Shown here: positions 30,154 to 32,000 of the stretch, one piece after another
Position numbering within the stretch: position 1 is the stretch's first letter
How the letters are laid out: each line of letters starts with the position of its first letter
Assembly (NCBI GenBank): GCA_000503915.1
Contig: CP006915.1
Coordinates: 810,001 to 842,000 of the forward strand
DNA length: 32,000 nt
DNA from: Candidatus Saccharimonadota bacterium
GTDB lineage: Bacteria; Patescibacteriota; Saccharimonadia; Saccharimonadales; Saccharimonadaceae
Direction of reading: 5' to 3'
Made by a program: the position numbers and the translations under genes
The notes under the pieces: model-generated
What the model saw: only the letters and a program-made list of their open reading frames with translations
Told to the model about the DNA's origin: nothing
Databases searched by the model: none

Positions 30154-31176
30154 TCACTCGAGTGCAAGCTGAATAATTGTATCGATCAGCGATGCGTACG
30201 AGATGCCTTCAGCTTGCCACAATTTTGGATATTGGCTGATGTTGGTAAAGCCGGGCAGCGTATTAAATTCATTAAGATACACACCCGACTCATCCGCAAA
30301 GAAATCGACGCGCGCTAGGCCTCGGCAGCCAAGAAGCGCATATGACTTATGCGCGATCTGCTGAATCTCTCGGCGCAGCTCGTCAGGAATATCGGCTTTC
30401 GTGACAACTTGCGCCTTACTATCGGTAGCATATTTGTCTTCGTAGCTATAAAATTCCTCACCAGGGATAATCTCGCCGACGCCACTTTCGCGGTGCGTTG
30501 GCGGATTGCCTAGCACCGCTACCTCCAGCTCGCGCCCTGTAATTGCCTGCTCGATCAATACCACTGAGCTGTGCTTTGAAGCTTTCTCGATAGCGGGGAT
30601 CAGCTCGTCTTTCCTGTGCACTTTACTGACGCCGATCGAGCTGCCGGCTACCGTTGGTTTTACAAACAGCTGCTCACCGAGCCGCGATGCTAACGCTTCG
30701 TACTCCGGCATTTCATCGCCCACATGATAGACGTGGTAAGGTACTACCGGGATGTCATTTTGCGCCAGCAGTTGCTTAGTATAGAGCTTGTCCCAACAAA
30801 CCGCGCTAGCGCCGAGACCTGACCCAACCGCTGGGATATGCGTCAGATTAGCAAGACCTTGCACGGCACCATCTTCGTGGCCATTCTCACCATGTAGTAC
30901 CGGGAAAAGTACGTCGATATGAATTGGCCTATTACCGGGAACGGTCAGAAATGCACTGCTCCCCGGTACCGGCGCAAGCTGCACCCCACCGTGAAGCTGT
31001 AGATTCGTTGGCCAGCTCTCAAGGAACCACCATTTACCTGCTCGATCGATATAACAGAGGTGGACATCGTATTTTCTGTCATCCATCGCCGCATAGACAT
31101 TGCTAGCGCTCATCACAGAAACATCGTGTTCAGACGATTCACCGCCAAAAAGGAGTAAAATGCTTGGTCGGCTCAT
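30154..31176 (-). CDS. ddl: D-alanine--D-alanine ligase
   Basis: ILLLFGGESSEHDVSVMSA, PVLHGENGEDG, the ATP-grasp region FVKPTVAGSSIGVSKV, and EVNTLPGFT-like NEFNTLPGFTNIS. The ATG at 31176 (MSRPSILLLFGG) is preferred over the ORF-track TTG at 31206. Confidence 0.9.
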   Translation of the reverse strand: MSRPSILLLFGGESSEHDVSVMSASNVYAAMDDRKYDVHLCYIDRAGKWWFLESWPTNLQLHGGVQLAPVPGSSAFLTVPGNRPIHIDVLFPVLHGENGHEDGAVQGLANLTHIPAVGSGLGASAVCWDKLYTKQLLAQNDIPVVPYHVYHVGDEMPEYEALASRLGEQLFVKPTVAGSSIGVSKVHRKDELIPAIEKASKHSSVVLIEQAITGRELEVAVLGNPPTHRESGVGEIIPGEEFYSYEDKYATDSKAQVVTKADIPDELRREIQQIAHKSYALLGCRGLARVDFFADESGVYLNEFNTLPGFTNISQYPKLWQAEGISYASLIDTIIQLALE

Positions 31177-31282
31177 AATGCTACCTATTATAGCACCAGG
31201 AAACAAGCAAAGAACGATCGAGATCGTTTTCCGAGTGGCGACGTATTACATTAGTACGAAAGTTCTAATATATACTATAGTC

Positions 31283-32000
31283 ATGGACTCATCGTCACGA
31301 ATACCGCTCGCTGAACAAATGCGCCCCATAACGCTCGACGAAGTTGTCGGCCAGACGCATCTGCTTGGTGATGCCGAAATCTTGAAGCAGATCATTAAAA
31401 ACAAACAGCCAGTCAACTTGATCTTGTGGGGTCCGCCTGGTACCGGTAAAACGACACTTGCCCGTATTATTGCACGCGAAGTTGAAGCCGAGTTCATTGA
31501 ACTTTCAGCCGTGACTAGCGGCAAAAAAGATATTGAACGGATCATCGAGCATGCGCGGCAAAACTGGAATTTACAGCTACGCACCATCCTATTCGTCGAC
31601 GAGATCCACCGTTTCAACAAGGCGCAACAAGACGCATTCCTGCCTCACGTTGAGTCAGGACTTATCACGTTGATCGGCGCGACAACTGAAAATCCGAGCT
31701 TTGAGATCATCAACCCGCTGCTCAGCCGTAGTCGTGTACTCGTACTGCAGCCGCTCACCAAGGAAGAAATTATCAATATTGTAAAGCATGCGCTGACAAA
31801 ACTAAAAGCCCAGAAGCGCGTCAATAAAGCAGCCCTTGATTACCTAGCAGAGCTTTCCGGCGGTGACGCGCGCGTAGCACTTGGTAATCTGGAGCTGGCA
31901 CTGAGCTTCGGCGAGAAAGTCACGCCCGATGTCGTCAAAGCCGCCGCACAGAAAAAAGTACCCGGCTACGATAAAAAAGGCGACATGCACTACGATGTGA
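31283..32000 (+). CDS. rarA: Replication-associated recombination protein A (RarA/MgsA AAA+ ATPase), partial; continues beyond the right edge
   Basis: Hand translation gives [29 protein letters not shown]...[19 protein letters not shown]...[40 protein letters not shown]...GGDARVALN-like. It is absent from the ORF track because there is no stop in the window. TATACT lies 6 nt upstream of the ATG. Confidence 0.88.
   Translation, partial: MDSSSRIPLAEQMRPITLDEVVGQTHLLGDAEILKQIIKNKQPVNLILWGPPGTGKTTLARIIAREVEAEFIELSAVTSGKKDIERIIEHARQNWNLQLRTILFVDEIHRFNKAQQDAFLPHVESGLITLIGATTENPSFEIINPLLSRSRVLVLQPLTKEEIINIVKHALTKLKAQKRVNKAALDYLAELSGGDARVALGNLELALSFGEKVTPDVVKAAAQKKVPGYDKKGDMHYDV

Noticed and set aside
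31246-31620. A 124-aa minus-strand ORF.
   Set aside because: It is antisense to a clear RarA/MgsA coding sequence (Walker [19 protein letters not shown]) that the ORF track omits because it runs off the window.

Overview
By gene content this looks like a small-genome, Saccharibacteria (TM7)/CPR-like chromosome segment; that placement is an inference and no search was run. The backbone is about 50-55% GC (spot counts of single 60-nt lines) and is mostly minus-strand housekeeping genes: trmD, a KH-domain protein, two type IV pilin-like genes, rpsP, rnc, a Nudix hydrolase, nusB, rpmF, leuS, murF, a csoR/small Cys protein/copB copper operon, an HxlR regulator with an oxidoreductase, an ArsR regulator with an MMPL transporter, ddl and rarA. 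Three segments differ in composition, and each sits next to tRNA genes. (1) 1-4200 is AT-rich and carries a translationally coupled pair of Cap4/DUF4297-like PD-(D/E)xK nuclease proteins. One has over 1000 aa of helical repeats and runs off the left edge. This pair, at the 3' side of tRNA-Gln, is the best candidate for an undescribed defence-type system. (2) 22.25-28.25 kb is AT-rich and bracketed by ~127-bp direct repeats ending at the 3' end of tRNA-Gly(GCC). It holds a Type IIS-like R-M pair (AlwI/MlyI-like endonuclease and a fused double Dam-type methylase). It also holds a module of an orphan PurM-like protein and a small membrane protein, flanked by its own 24-bp recombination-site-like repeats. 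(3) 28859-29617 is a GC-rich 759-bp segment (tRNA-Gly(CCC), a consensus promoter, an OmpR-type winged-helix ORF and a structured tail) flanked by a 10-bp direct repeat. The most unusual unexplained signal is a family of GC-rich hairpin modules (core CCTGCCCG..GACAGGCGGGG) fused to copies of tRNA acceptor/D-arm sequence. There are four copies plus one looser relative. All lie beside tRNA genes or island boundaries, and one copy is split exactly inside the hairpin by segment 3. Other notable points: a Nudix-like domain inserted inside LeuRS, a frame-split pilin-LamG gene, a ~22-bp dsRNA-type stem-loop just after rnc, a tRNA-Gly(GCC) with an apparent U19:A56 elbow covariation, and several leaderless-type promoters. 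No CRISPR array, rRNA, transposase or integrase gene was seen.
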